DNA of 24,553 bases, taken from the IMG/VR virus record IMGVR_UViG_3300022666_000179, positions 1 through 24,553 of that record; one strand, given 5' to 3'. This DNA is from a virus. Taxonomy: Duplodnaviria; Caudoviricetes. Under the pieces are notes generated by a model that was given only the letters and a program-made list of their open reading frames with translations, was not told the DNA's origin and did not search any database. Position 1 is the stretch's first letter; the number at the start of each line of letters is the position of its first letter. A program made the translations under genes and the position numbers. This document shows positions 7,712 through 14,849 of this stretch, piece after piece.

Positions 7712-8308
7712 ATGACCATCAATGGACAAGTCGGGAGTTTCTCCCGAGACGAAGAACGCGCGCAGGTCCCCGGGCATGATCCGGTGGTGTTGTCCGGCAA
7801 GCTGACGGCGGCCGACGGCGTGTATCCCACCGGCCTCGTGCTGACCCGCGGCGTATCCGGGGTGTTGATTCCCCTGGCCGAAGCGGCCGGCGAGGTGATC
7901 GAGACCGGCGACGGCTCGACCAAGGCGTTCACCGGAAACCTCGCGGCGCACCCGGTGGAGCCGGGGACCCTGGTTGTTACCGACGGGGTGGAGACCTTCG
8001 CCGATGACGGCAGCGGGCGTCTGGCAGGGAGCGCGGGCGGCAGCGGAACCATCAATTACCGCACCGGCGCCTATGCCGTGACTTTCAACGCCAACGTCGT
8101 CAACGCGGTTGAGGTGACCGCCGGCTATGTGACCGCCGTGGACGGCGTCCTGGACGAGGAAACGGATACCGCCCACAACGCGTCCGGCCTCTATGTGGCG
8201 CACGGCACAGTGGACACCACGGTTCTCAAGGTCGGCAAGACAGCCAAGGCCGCGCCGTCGGCGGCGCTCTTGATGCTTTTGCAGAGGAAGGGGATCTTCC
8301 CGAAATAA
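7712..8308 (+). CDS. Head decoration protein (lambda gpD-like) with ~80-aa inserted beta domain
   Basis: Lies between scaffold and capsid; GVYPTGLVL...DGVLDEETDT..GLYVAHGTV...L.RKGIFP pattern; AGGAG RBS. Confidence 0.7.
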   Translation: MTINGQVGSFSRDEERAQVPGHDPVVLSGKLTAADGVYPTGLVLTRGVSGVLIPLAEAAGEVIETGDGSTKAFTGNLAAHPVEPGTLVVTDGVETFADDGSGRLAGSAGGSGTINYRTGAYAVTFNANVVNAVEVTAGYVTAVDGVLDEETDTAHNASGLYVAHGTVDTTVLKVGKTAKAAPSAALLMLLQRKGIFPK

Positions 8309-8330
8309 CCACCGGCATCGGCAATTAACC

Positions 8331-8387
8331 GTAGGGGCGATCCTTGTGATCGCCCATAACCAGGGCGAATACGAGTTTCGTCCCTAC
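8331..8387. repeat. 57-nt GTAG-type REP doublet, copy 2
   Basis: GTAGGGGCGATCCTTGTGATCGCCC-spacer-GGGCGAATACGAGTTTCGTCCCTAC; first 25 nt identical to copy 1. Confidence 0.88.
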
Positions 8388-8399
8388 AGGAGGCGCATC

Positions 8400-9383
8400 A
8401 TGTTAAACATCCGCGGCCTTTTTACCCGCGAGGCCATCATCAATTACCTGACACAGCTGCCGGTGCTCGAAACGCCGGTCATGGACACTATCTACACCGT
8501 GCGTCCCCAGCAGCCGCTGCCGCTCATCGGCGCCGACCTGGTGCGGGCCGTGGTGAAGGCCATGCCCCTGGCGCGCCGGGGCGGACGCTCCATCACCATC
8601 GCCGGCGCTACCGGGTCTACCGGCTTTTATGAGCCGTTCCCGATCCATCCGGACATCGGCATTACCGGCGCGGACCTGAACAACCTGAAGGTCATCCAGG
8701 GAGACCAGGCGTCTCTGTCCGTCTGGGCGCAGGGAAAGACCGATATCCTGCGGCGGACCGTTCGCGCCACCACCGAGGCCATGTGCGCCGTTTCCCTGAC
8801 CGGAACCCTTTCCTGGCCGGTGCAGCTGGAAGGGGGCGGTTTCGAGACCTATTCCGTGGTATTCGGCTCGATCCAGACCTATGCCCCGTCCAAAAAGTGG
8901 GACGCCGCCGACGCCAAGATCAAGGACGTATTCCTGACCCTGCGCGCCATGCACAAGAAGCTGAAAGAGAAGGGATACGGCGGCCGCGTCGAAATCTGGG
9001 CGAGCGAGGCCGCCTATAACGCCCTGTTTGCCCTGGCCGAAGGTTTTGTTTCCACGGCCCAGATGACCGTAGCCATCTCCGAGCAGGGCATCAACGTCGG
9101 CGGGTACCTGGTAAAACCCCGCGACGAGCTGTACTACAACCCGGAAACAAAGGCCATGGTTCCGGTGGCCGCCGCGAAGACCGTCAAGATGATCGCCCTG
9201 GACGCAGGGCACCAGATGCCGTACTGCGCCATTGACGACCTGGACGGCAACCTTCAGCCCCTCCCCTTCTTCGTCAAGCCGATCAAGACCGATAATCCCA
9301 GCGGGTACCAGCTGGTGGCGGAGTCCAAGCCTTTCCCCATTCCCAATGTGGACGGTATCTGCGACGCCACGGTGACCCAGTAG
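8400..9383 (+). CDS. Major capsid protein, phage E (lambda gpE-like) family, 327 aa
   Basis: Size and position; PIHPDIGITGADL, LRRTVRATTEAMCAVSLTG, DNPSGYQLVAESKPFPIP patterns; ATG 8400 with AGGAGG. Confidence 0.9.
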   Translation: MLNIRGLFTREAIINYLTQLPVLETPVMDTIYTVRPQQPLPLIGADLVRAVVKAMPLARRGGRSITIAGATGSTGFYEPFPIHPDIGITGADLNNLKVIQGDQASLSVWAQGKTDILRRTVRATTEAMCAVSLTGTLSWPVQLEGGGFETYSVVFGSIQTYAPSKKWDAADAKIKDVFLTLRAMHKKLKEKGYGGRVEIWASEAAYNALFALAEGFVSTAQMTVAISEQGINVGGYLVKPRDELYYNPETKAMVPVAAAKTVKMIALDAGHQMPYCAIDDLDGNLQPLPFFVKPIKTDNPSGYQLVAESKPFPIPNVDGICDATVTQ

Positions 9384-9392
9384 GATAGATAC

Positions 9393-9421
9393 GGGGCGGG
9401 CGCGTTACGGAGGGCCGCCCC
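9393..9421 (+). other. GC-rich hairpin after the capsid stop (mRNA stability or attenuation; no U-tract)
   Basis: GGGGCGG (9393-99) / CCGCCCC (9415-21), followed directly by the GGAG RBS of the next gene. Confidence 0.45.
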
Positions 9422-9433
9422 TCGGAGACACAC

Positions 9434-9796
9434 ATGGATGCCGAATACATCGACACACTGCCGTTCAACGTCTTCAAGGGTGGCTACGCGGGCACGGTGT
9501 TGCTCCATCGCGACACCATGCCCCTGGCCGCAAACGTGAATAGGGAAATGGTCATCGTGACGGACGGCTGCAACGCCATCGGCGGCGACATCTACGCTGA
9601 CCAGGCATGCACGCTGCAGCTGTCCGTATCGCCCGACGGCGACAATTACGGCATGCCGTCCGAGTTGAATGTGCCGGCCGGGGAGATGGTGCGATTCGAG
9701 TACCCCGGGCTGTTTGCCAGGACGGTGAAATTGGTAGCGACCAACGGCGCCACGCCCATGACAGTATTTCGCCTGTTCGTGCGGGGAGGTTCGTGA
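9434..9796 (+). CDS. Hypothetical beta-rich protein (120 aa), possible adaptor for the Mtd-like protein
   Basis: GGAG RBS; stop overlaps the next ATG (TGATG); alternating beta-strand pattern. Confidence 0.75.
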   Translation: MDAEYIDTLPFNVFKGGYAGTVLLHRDTMPLAANVNREMVIVTDGCNAIGGDIYADQACTLQLSVSPDGDNYGMPSELNVPAGEMVRFEYPGLFARTVKLVATNGATPMTVFRLFVRGGS

Positions 9797-11316
9797 TGGA
9801 AACGTTAGGGCGTATCGTCGATCTGTCCGGCCGCAAGGCACTCCAGCTCATCGCCACCCTCCCTGCCCACTACAGCCGTGACGTGGCTTGGGCCGTCAAG
9901 GGGAGAGCGGCCGCAGCCGACCGCCGCACGCTCGTCACCCCCTCCGCCCTGGCGGTGAGCATCGGAGGGAAGGGGTACGTCATCGATGCGCAAATCGAGA
10001 TGGACGTCAACTCCGCGGCCAACTGGGACACCACTGCCGGGACCAACTACACCGTGGCCGCCAACCGGGCAGGCAAGGACTTTTATGTCTACGCCGTGCA
10101 AGCCGGCGTATCCAGGCCCGACATTATCCTGTCCGCCAACAGCACGGTGCCGGCCGGATTCACCGCAGTCAACAGCCGCAAGCTGGCCGGATTCCACAGC
10201 CTGTGCGCCGATGCCGGCGTCATAGCCGGGCACCCCCTGACCGGATTCATGGCAGGCGACATCCTCCCCGAAACGGTCTGGGACCTGCTGTTCCGGCCGG
10301 TGTCTTCTCCGGAAGGGATGTTCTACGTGCCCGGCACCGGCTGGTGGGTGGATATCTACCTGGCGAGCGGAGCCGGCGTCAATACACGCAGCGCCTTCGG
10401 CGCAACCATCAGCGATACCTGCGACTGGATGTCGTTCGTTGACAACTTGGCCGCGGTGGGCAAGCGGTTGCTGGAAGATTGGTTGTTCCAGGTCGCTTTA
10501 TACGGGTCCAACGAAGAGACCAATATCGCGGGCTCCGCCGACCCGGTCACCACCGGTGGGCACGTGGATACGGCCGGCAGGCGGATGCTCAGCCACTACG
10601 GCGGCGAGGACGGCTGCGGCGCCGAATGGCAGTGGCTGCTGGATCAGTCGTACCGGCTGGATTTCGACGGCACGGTCTCAGATTCCGGCAACGGCGCCAC
10701 CATCTACCATGTTGCCGCGCCGGGAGGGAACCAGGTCTATCTGAAGTACGATGACGCGGGGAATCCCTTTCTCTGTTCAAACCTGGCGACCGCCCAGGCT
10801 GATAAAACCGTCGCTTTCGGCAGCTACAATGTCATCCTGCGCCACGATGCGGCAGCCGCGGGCGGTATGCCGGTCTACTTCAATGGCAACGCATCCCAGC
10901 CGTCGCGGCTTCTGATCAACAATGCCAAGATGACAGCGGCCGATTATATCCGGACCAATAATCCGGCGTATCTGCTGCAGGTTGCGCACGACGCCTCAGC
11001 CGCGGTCAACGGCCGGGCGCTGTATTTTGACGACGGCGGCGATAACCGGTTTGAGGCCAACAATATCGGCGCCGCCAACGCAGTGGCCAATCTGGCGGCC
11101 ATGTCTCAGCCATGGGCATACTATGACCTCCCCGGCGCTAAAGGCGGTTTGTACCGCCAGGGAATCAATGGCGATGTAAAGCTGGTGGCCGGTGGGACAT
11201 GGAATACCGGGACGGATGCCGGGTCACGTTCGCGGAGTTTGAATTACTTTCGGTGGCGTGCGGTTAGCTGGATTACGGCTCGCGGGTGCGCCCGGAGCCG
11301 CGGAACGGGAAGTTAG
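9796..11316 (+). CDS. mtd: Major tropism determinant (Mtd)-like receptor-binding protein with C-type lectin fold and DGR-type variable C-terminus (506 aa)
   Basis: AGKDFYVYA..PAGFTAVNSRKLAGFH, WDLLFRP...PEGM..V....WVDIYL, GKRL, DPVTTG and LVAGGTW..G..AGSRSR...RW.....I.ARG resemble BPP-1 Mtd motifs as I recall them; ATG 9796 with GGAGGT. Confidence 0.85.
   Translation: METLGRIVDLSGRKALQLIATLPAHYSRDVAWAVKGRAAAADRRTLVTPSALAVSIGGKGYVIDAQIEMDVNSAANWDTTAGTNYTVAANRAGKDFYVYAVQAGVSRPDIILSANSTVPAGFTAVNSRKLAGFHSLCADAGVIAGHPLTGFMAGDILPETVWDLLFRPVSSPEGMFYVPGTGWWVDIYLASGAGVNTRSAFGATISDTCDWMSFVDNLAAVGKRLLEDWLFQVALYGSNEETNIAGSADPVTTGGHVDTAGRRMLSHYGGEDGCGAEWQWLLDQSYRLDFDGTVSDSGNGATIYHVAAPGGNQVYLKYDDAGNPFLCSNLATAQADKTVAFGSYNVILRHDAAAAGGMPVYFNGNASQPSRLLINNAKMTAADYIRTNNPAYLLQVAHDASAAVNGRALYFDDGGDNRFEANNIGAANAVANLAAMSQPWAYYDLPGAKGGLYRQGINGDVKLVAGGTWNTGTDAGSRSRSLNYFRWRAVSWITARGCARSRGTGS
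11182..11303 (+). other. Putative DGR variable repeat (VR)
   Basis: CLec-terminal scaffold in which positions typically AAY in template repeats read ACC, GAT, AGT, AAT, TAC, CGT, GTT; T-ending codons are enriched relative to the rest of the gene. No TR in the window to confirm. Confidence 0.6.
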
Positions 11317-11355
11317 GTCACGTAACACGTTTTCTTTACGTTATTGTGAGGCGCT

Positions 11356-11664
11356 ATGAAGGGTTTTCCAGGGTATCTGAACACCAGGGCCGATTTCGAG
11401 TATGTGAGAGATAATTTCCCGCCGGAACAGTGGAGGTCGCGATTCCAGGCACTTCTGGACGAGCGGTTTTCCTGGCTTCCGGTTGGGCCATTGGCGGAGG
11501 GAGCGCCAGGCGTCGAGGACGCAAGCCATCGGGTGGTGGAGCATTATGACGGAACCGGCCAGGCGGTCATCTCGAGGGTCCAGGAGGAGTTCAGGGAAGA
11601 CCCGGCCGCGTTGATTTTTAGGCTGGGGTTCACGGTTGAGGAGGTGGAGGATGCCCTACTGTAG
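11356..11664 (+). CDS. Hypothetical protein (102 aa) accompanying the Mtd-like gene
   Basis: GAGG RBS; MKGFPGYLNTRADFEYV...IFRLGFTVEEV; overlaps the gp36 start. Confidence 0.8.
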   Translation: MKGFPGYLNTRADFEYVRDNFPPEQWRSRFQALLDERFSWLPVGPLAEGAPGVEDASHRVVEHYDGTGQAVISRVQEEFREDPAALIFRLGFTVEEVEDALL

Positions 11665-12079
11665 CCTGGACGACATCAGGAGACAGCTCCCGGAGGCGGT
11701 CGTTACTATTCTTACCGACGACGCCATTACAGGGAGCGTTGATGAAGGCGTTGTGGCTGATGCCATTGCCGACGCGGACGCGGAGATCAACGCCTGGCTG
11801 GGGGGGCGCTACAAGGTCCCCTTCAGCCAGGTTCCGGACGTGATCCGGAAGATATCCATCGATATCGCCGTGTACAACCTGGACTCGCGCCGGGACGGCG
11901 CCCTGCCCGAGGTGCGAAAAGACCGGTACCGGAACGCCGTCAAGCTCCTGGAGAGCATCGCCAAGGGAATAGTCACCATCGGGGCGGAAGAGTCCGTCAC
12001 GCCGGCCGGACCTGCGGACCTTCCGCGATACGGCGCTCCGGACCCGGTCTTTACCAGGGAAACGCTGAAAGGTTTCTGA
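11651..12079 (+). CDS. Mu gp36 / DUF1320 head-tail connector (142 aa)
   Basis: MPYCSLDDI, AIADADAEINAWLGGRY.VP, DIAVYNL, RYRNAVKLLESIAKG; ATG 11651 with GGAGG. Confidence 0.93.
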   Translation: MPYCSLDDIRRQLPEAVVTILTDDAITGSVDEGVVADAIADADAEINAWLGGRYKVPFSQVPDVIRKISIDIAVYNLDSRRDGALPEVRKDRYRNAVKLLESIAKGIVTIGAEESVTPAGPADLPRYGAPDPVFTRETLKGF

Positions 12080-12495
12080 TGTACGTCCACGAGATCGTCA
12101 ATCACGTTTCAGACCGCTTGAAAGCCCATATAACCGGCCTTGAAATCGCAACCTTTCCGGACAAGCCGGGGGACTACCGCCTGCGCCATCCGCGCGGGGC
12201 GCTCCTGGTCCACTACGCCGGGAGCGAAGCCGGCGGCGCCCGCCGCCCGCGCATAGCGATCCGGGCCGTGGCCCGCTTCGAGGGTGACGCGCTCCTTATT
12301 CTGGAGGCGGCGCGTCTGATAATCAACGGCTGGCAGATACCGGGCCTGTCCCGGTTCGAGTACGCCGGAGACGAGTTTGTGGAAGAGAAGCAGGGAATAT
12401 GGGAATACGACATCCTGTTCACCACCACCAGCCCGGCCGCGCCGGTGGGCGAGGACCGGCTGAGGGAGAAGTTGACGGAACTGGGAATAGCGTAG
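12079..12495 (+). CDS. Mu gp37-like tail terminator / completion protein
   Basis: FPDKP.DYRL.HP.GALLVHYAGS and F.EE..GIW.Y...F.T patterns; follows gp36 with a TGATG overlap. Confidence 0.8.
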   Translation: MYVHEIVNHVSDRLKAHITGLEIATFPDKPGDYRLRHPRGALLVHYAGSEAGGARRPRIAIRAVARFEGDALLILEAARLIINGWQIPGLSRFEYAGDEFVEEKQGIWEYDILFTTTSPAAPVGEDRLREKLTELGIA

Positions 12496-12548
12496 GGGCA
12501 ATCCTGGTGATTGCCCGCAACCGGGGCGGATACGGGATTCGCCCCTAC
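12492..12548. repeat. 57-nt GTAG-type REP doublet, copy 3
   Basis: GTAGGGGCAATCCTGGTGATTGCCC-spacer-GGGCGGATACGGGATTCGCCCCTAC; its TAG is the gp37 stop codon. Confidence 0.88.
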
Positions 12549-12561
12549 GGGAGGTAACAAA

Positions 12562-13356
12562 ATGCCAGCACGCAACATCATTACATCCAGGTATTACTCC
12601 GGTCAGGGGGTAGTGCTCATCGGCGAAAAGGACTCCGTGACCGGGAACGCGAAAGGACTGCTGCCCCTGGCCAACGTGCCGGACCTGAAGCTGAGCGTCA
12701 CCGAGGAAGTGGAGGAGCATAAGGAATCACAGACCGGACAGCGAGGGATCGACAAGCGGCGGGTGAAGGAGACCAAGGTCAATTTCTCCGCCACTCTGGA
12801 ATCGCTGCATACGGCAAACCTGGCCCTGGTCCAGCGCGCATCGGTCACGCCGGTGGCCGCCGGGAGCGCGGTGGACGAACAAGTGACGGCCTATCCAGGC
12901 AAGACGGTGGCCCTGGCCCATCTCAAGGTCTCCTCTGTCGTGGTCAAATCCGACGACGAGACGCCAGTGACCTATGAAGCCGACAAGAACTACACGGTGA
13001 ACGACGAAGCGGGCTCCATCAACATCCTTTCGACCGCCGAGCAGACCGCCCGGGGCGCGGCGGCGAATATCGCGGAGGGCGACGTGCTGGAGGTTTCCTA
13101 CTCCTACGCGGCCCAGACCAGGGTTTCCGCCATGACCGAGGCGTCCAAGAGCTACTGGCTGCGGTTCGAAGGGCTCAATACCGAAAACGACAACAAGGCC
13201 GTGGTGGTCAACGTCTTCAAGGTAAGCCCCAGCCTCCTGAAGGAGCTGGCCCTTATCAACGAAAGCATGGCGACCCTGCCCCTGGAGGGCTCCGCCGAGC
13301 TGGACGTGACCAGGACAGTTGGCAGCAAGTTTTACGAGGAGATTTTCGAAGATTAA
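12562..13356 (+). CDS. Major tail tube protein, siphovirus type (264 aa)
   Basis: YYSGQGVVLIG..NVPDLKLS..EHKESQTGQR..LRFEGLNT...L.LI......L.LEG pattern; GGAGGT RBS; precedes the chaperone. Confidence 0.85.
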   Translation: MPARNIITSRYYSGQGVVLIGEKDSVTGNAKGLLPLANVPDLKLSVTEEVEEHKESQTGQRGIDKRRVKETKVNFSATLESLHTANLALVQRASVTPVAAGSAVDEQVTAYPGKTVALAHLKVSSVVVKSDDETPVTYEADKNYTVNDEAGSINILSTAEQTARGAAANIAEGDVLEVSYSYAAQTRVSAMTEASKSYWLRFEGLNTENDNKAVVVNVFKVSPSLLKELALINESMATLPLEGSAELDVTRTVGSKFYEEIFED

Positions 13357-13363
13357 GGCCGGC

Positions 13364-13390
13364 CCTGCCGGGCGCCGAAAACCCGGCAGG
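13364..13390 (+). other. 9-bp hairpin after the tail tube gene
   Basis: CCTGCCGGG (13364-72) / CCCGGCAGG (13382-90); no U-tract on the + strand. Confidence 0.55.
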
Positions 13391-13414
13391 CCGCAAAACC
13401 ACGGAGAATAATCA

Positions 13415-13813
13415 ATGCGCAAGCACGAAGTAATCGAAATCGACGGCAGGAAGATCACCGTCTCGGAACTGAAGGTAAAGGACATCCTGTCCCTCATACG
13501 GGGCGAGGACGGCAGGCTCGGGGCGGTGACCGTTTCGGAAGTAATCCGCAAGGCGGCGGAGGTTCTGCCTCTGGCGGTGGATTGCCCGGTGGAGGAGCTG
13601 CAAGAGCTGGCCCCCTCGGAACTGGCGGCGGTGTGGGAGGCGTTCAAGCGGGTGAACTCGGTTTTTTTCGCGGTAGCGGGGACGCTGGGAGTGAAGGGCG
13701 TCCTCGAAGACCTGAGAAATTCAGCCGCGCGGACCTTCTCGACGCTCTATTTCTCCTCGTTGAGCGCGGCCACGGGCAGGCCGCCGGAGAGTACGGATAC
13801 AGCCACTTCATAG
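13415..13813 (+). CDS. Tail assembly chaperone (gpG-like)
   Basis: Directly after the tube gene; ITVSELKVKDI...VEELQELAPSEL..VWEAFKRVNSVFF; GGAG RBS. Confidence 0.8.
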   Translation: MRKHEVIEIDGRKITVSELKVKDILSLIRGEDGRLGAVTVSEVIRKAAEVLPLAVDCPVEELQELAPSELAAVWEAFKRVNSVFFAVAGTLGVKGVLEDLRNSAARTFSTLYFSSLSAATGRPPESTDTATS

Positions 13814-13929
13814 ACGCTTTACAGGCGGTTTACAGGCACGATGAAGAGGCGATGAAGCGAGCCGCGATAGCGGTCCGCATGGGGTATCACGCGGACCCGA
13901 AGGAGTTCGAGCAGTGGATGAACCGGTAA
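13415..13929 (+). CDS. Putative -1 frameshift chaperone product (gpGT-like, ~171 aa)
   Basis: The -1 frame is open 13582-13929 and ends in protein-like LLVERGH...YGYSHFIDAL...AVRMG; T_TTT_TTC heptamer at 13663-13669. Confidence 0.6.
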
Positions 13930-14252
13930 TCACCATCGTGCAGGGCGAGACGCTCCGGCTGCGGGTGAAACTGCGCAACAAGCGGACCGGCGCGCCCGTA
14001 GACCTGACCGGCGCGACCCTTGCTTCACAGGTCCGGCGGACCTATGCGGCCCCGGAGGTCCTGGCCATCCTGACCATAGAACCCGAGGATCTGGCTGGCG
14101 GGGTTTTCTCTCTGACTCTGGACGAGGCCGCTTCGGACGCGCTACCGGCAGGGAGGCACGTGTTCGACGTGCGCATCGAGTCCGCGGCGGGAGACGTGAA
14201 GAAAAGGCCGCGCGGTCAGTTGCGTGTGCTGCCGGGGGTTACCCGTGAGTGA
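13914..14252 (+). CDS. Small Ig-like fibre-attachment/adaptor protein (BppU-N-like)
   Basis: [15 protein letters not shown]...QVR, G...L.L....S..L..G...FDV.I......V.....G pattern; AAGGAG upstream of GTG. Confidence 0.7.
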   Translation: MDEPVITIVQGETLRLRVKLRNKRTGAPVDLTGATLASQVRRTYAAPEVLAILTIEPEDLAGGVFSLTLDEAASDALPAGRHVFDVRIESAAGDVKKRPRGQLRVLPGVTRE

Positions 14253-14838
14253 CGAGATAATCGTACTTATCGAGGACGGCGAGACCATTCTGGCGGAGAT
14301 GGCGGAGCAGGGGCCTAAGGGGCCGCCTGGTCCGGCAGGGGAAACAGGACCGCAGGGGCCGAAGGGCGACACGGGCGCCACCGGCCCCCAGGGCCCACCA
14401 GGCATCCAGGGTGAGGCTGGTCCGGCAGGGCCGCAAGGCGATACCGGACTGACTGGTCCGACAGGCCCGCAAGGCCCGCCCGGTGTCAGCGTCCTGGAGA
14501 TCGGCGTCACCATCGACGGCGCCGGGGCGGTCATCACCGCTGGGAGCAAGGGTTTCCGCTCCATCCCTTCGGCCGCCGCCATACTCGGCTGGCGGCTGAT
14601 GGCCGATCAAGCGGGCTCCGTGGTAATGGGCGTCAAGCGGTGCGCCTGGGCCGATTTTCCCGCCACGGCCACCATCACCGGCGGCGACAACCCGGCCCTG
14701 GACAGCCAGCAGGCAGCAGCGGACGACACCATCGCCGGCTGGGCTGCCAATCTTTCCGCCGGGGACGTTCTGGAGTTCGAAGTATTGTCGGCGGCCACAA
14801 TAACAAGAGTGACGTTGTTTCTGACCATCATGGTCTGA
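14245..14838 (+). CDS. Collagen-like fibre protein (197 aa): 20 Gly-X-Y triplets and a C-terminal globular domain
   Basis: Uninterrupted GPK-GPP-GPA...GVS at 14311-14490; GTG 14245 overlaps the end of the previous gene. Confidence 0.88.
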   Translation: MSDEIIVLIEDGETILAEMAEQGPKGPPGPAGETGPQGPKGDTGATGPQGPPGIQGEAGPAGPQGDTGLTGPTGPQGPPGVSVLEIGVTIDGAGAVITAGSKGFRSIPSAAAILGWRLMADQAGSVVMGVKRCAWADFPATATITGGDNPALDSQQAAADDTIAGWAANLSAGDVLEFEVLSAATITRVTLFLTIMV

Positions 14839-14849
14839 GGGAGATTCGC

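Noticed and set aside
9607-9795. Longer starts from the ORF track (9607; also 156, 2893, 4463, 8346, 12511, 14640)
   Set aside because: They overlap upstream genes or REP elements; downstream starts have better SDs or stop-start coupling (2893 remains a minor possibility).
11356-11664. 102-aa gene after mtd as the DGR accessory protein Avd
   Set aside because: It is acidic and lacks the basic four-helix-bundle pattern of Avd, and no TR or RT follows it.
7642-12548. Palindromic repeats as a CRISPR array
   Set aside because: Copies are dispersed, separated by whole genes and arranged as inverted doublets; there is no repeat-spacer periodicity and no cas gene.
14311-14490. Short DNA repeats as a VNTR or mobile repeat
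   Set aside because: Fully explained by Gly-X-Y collagen coding.
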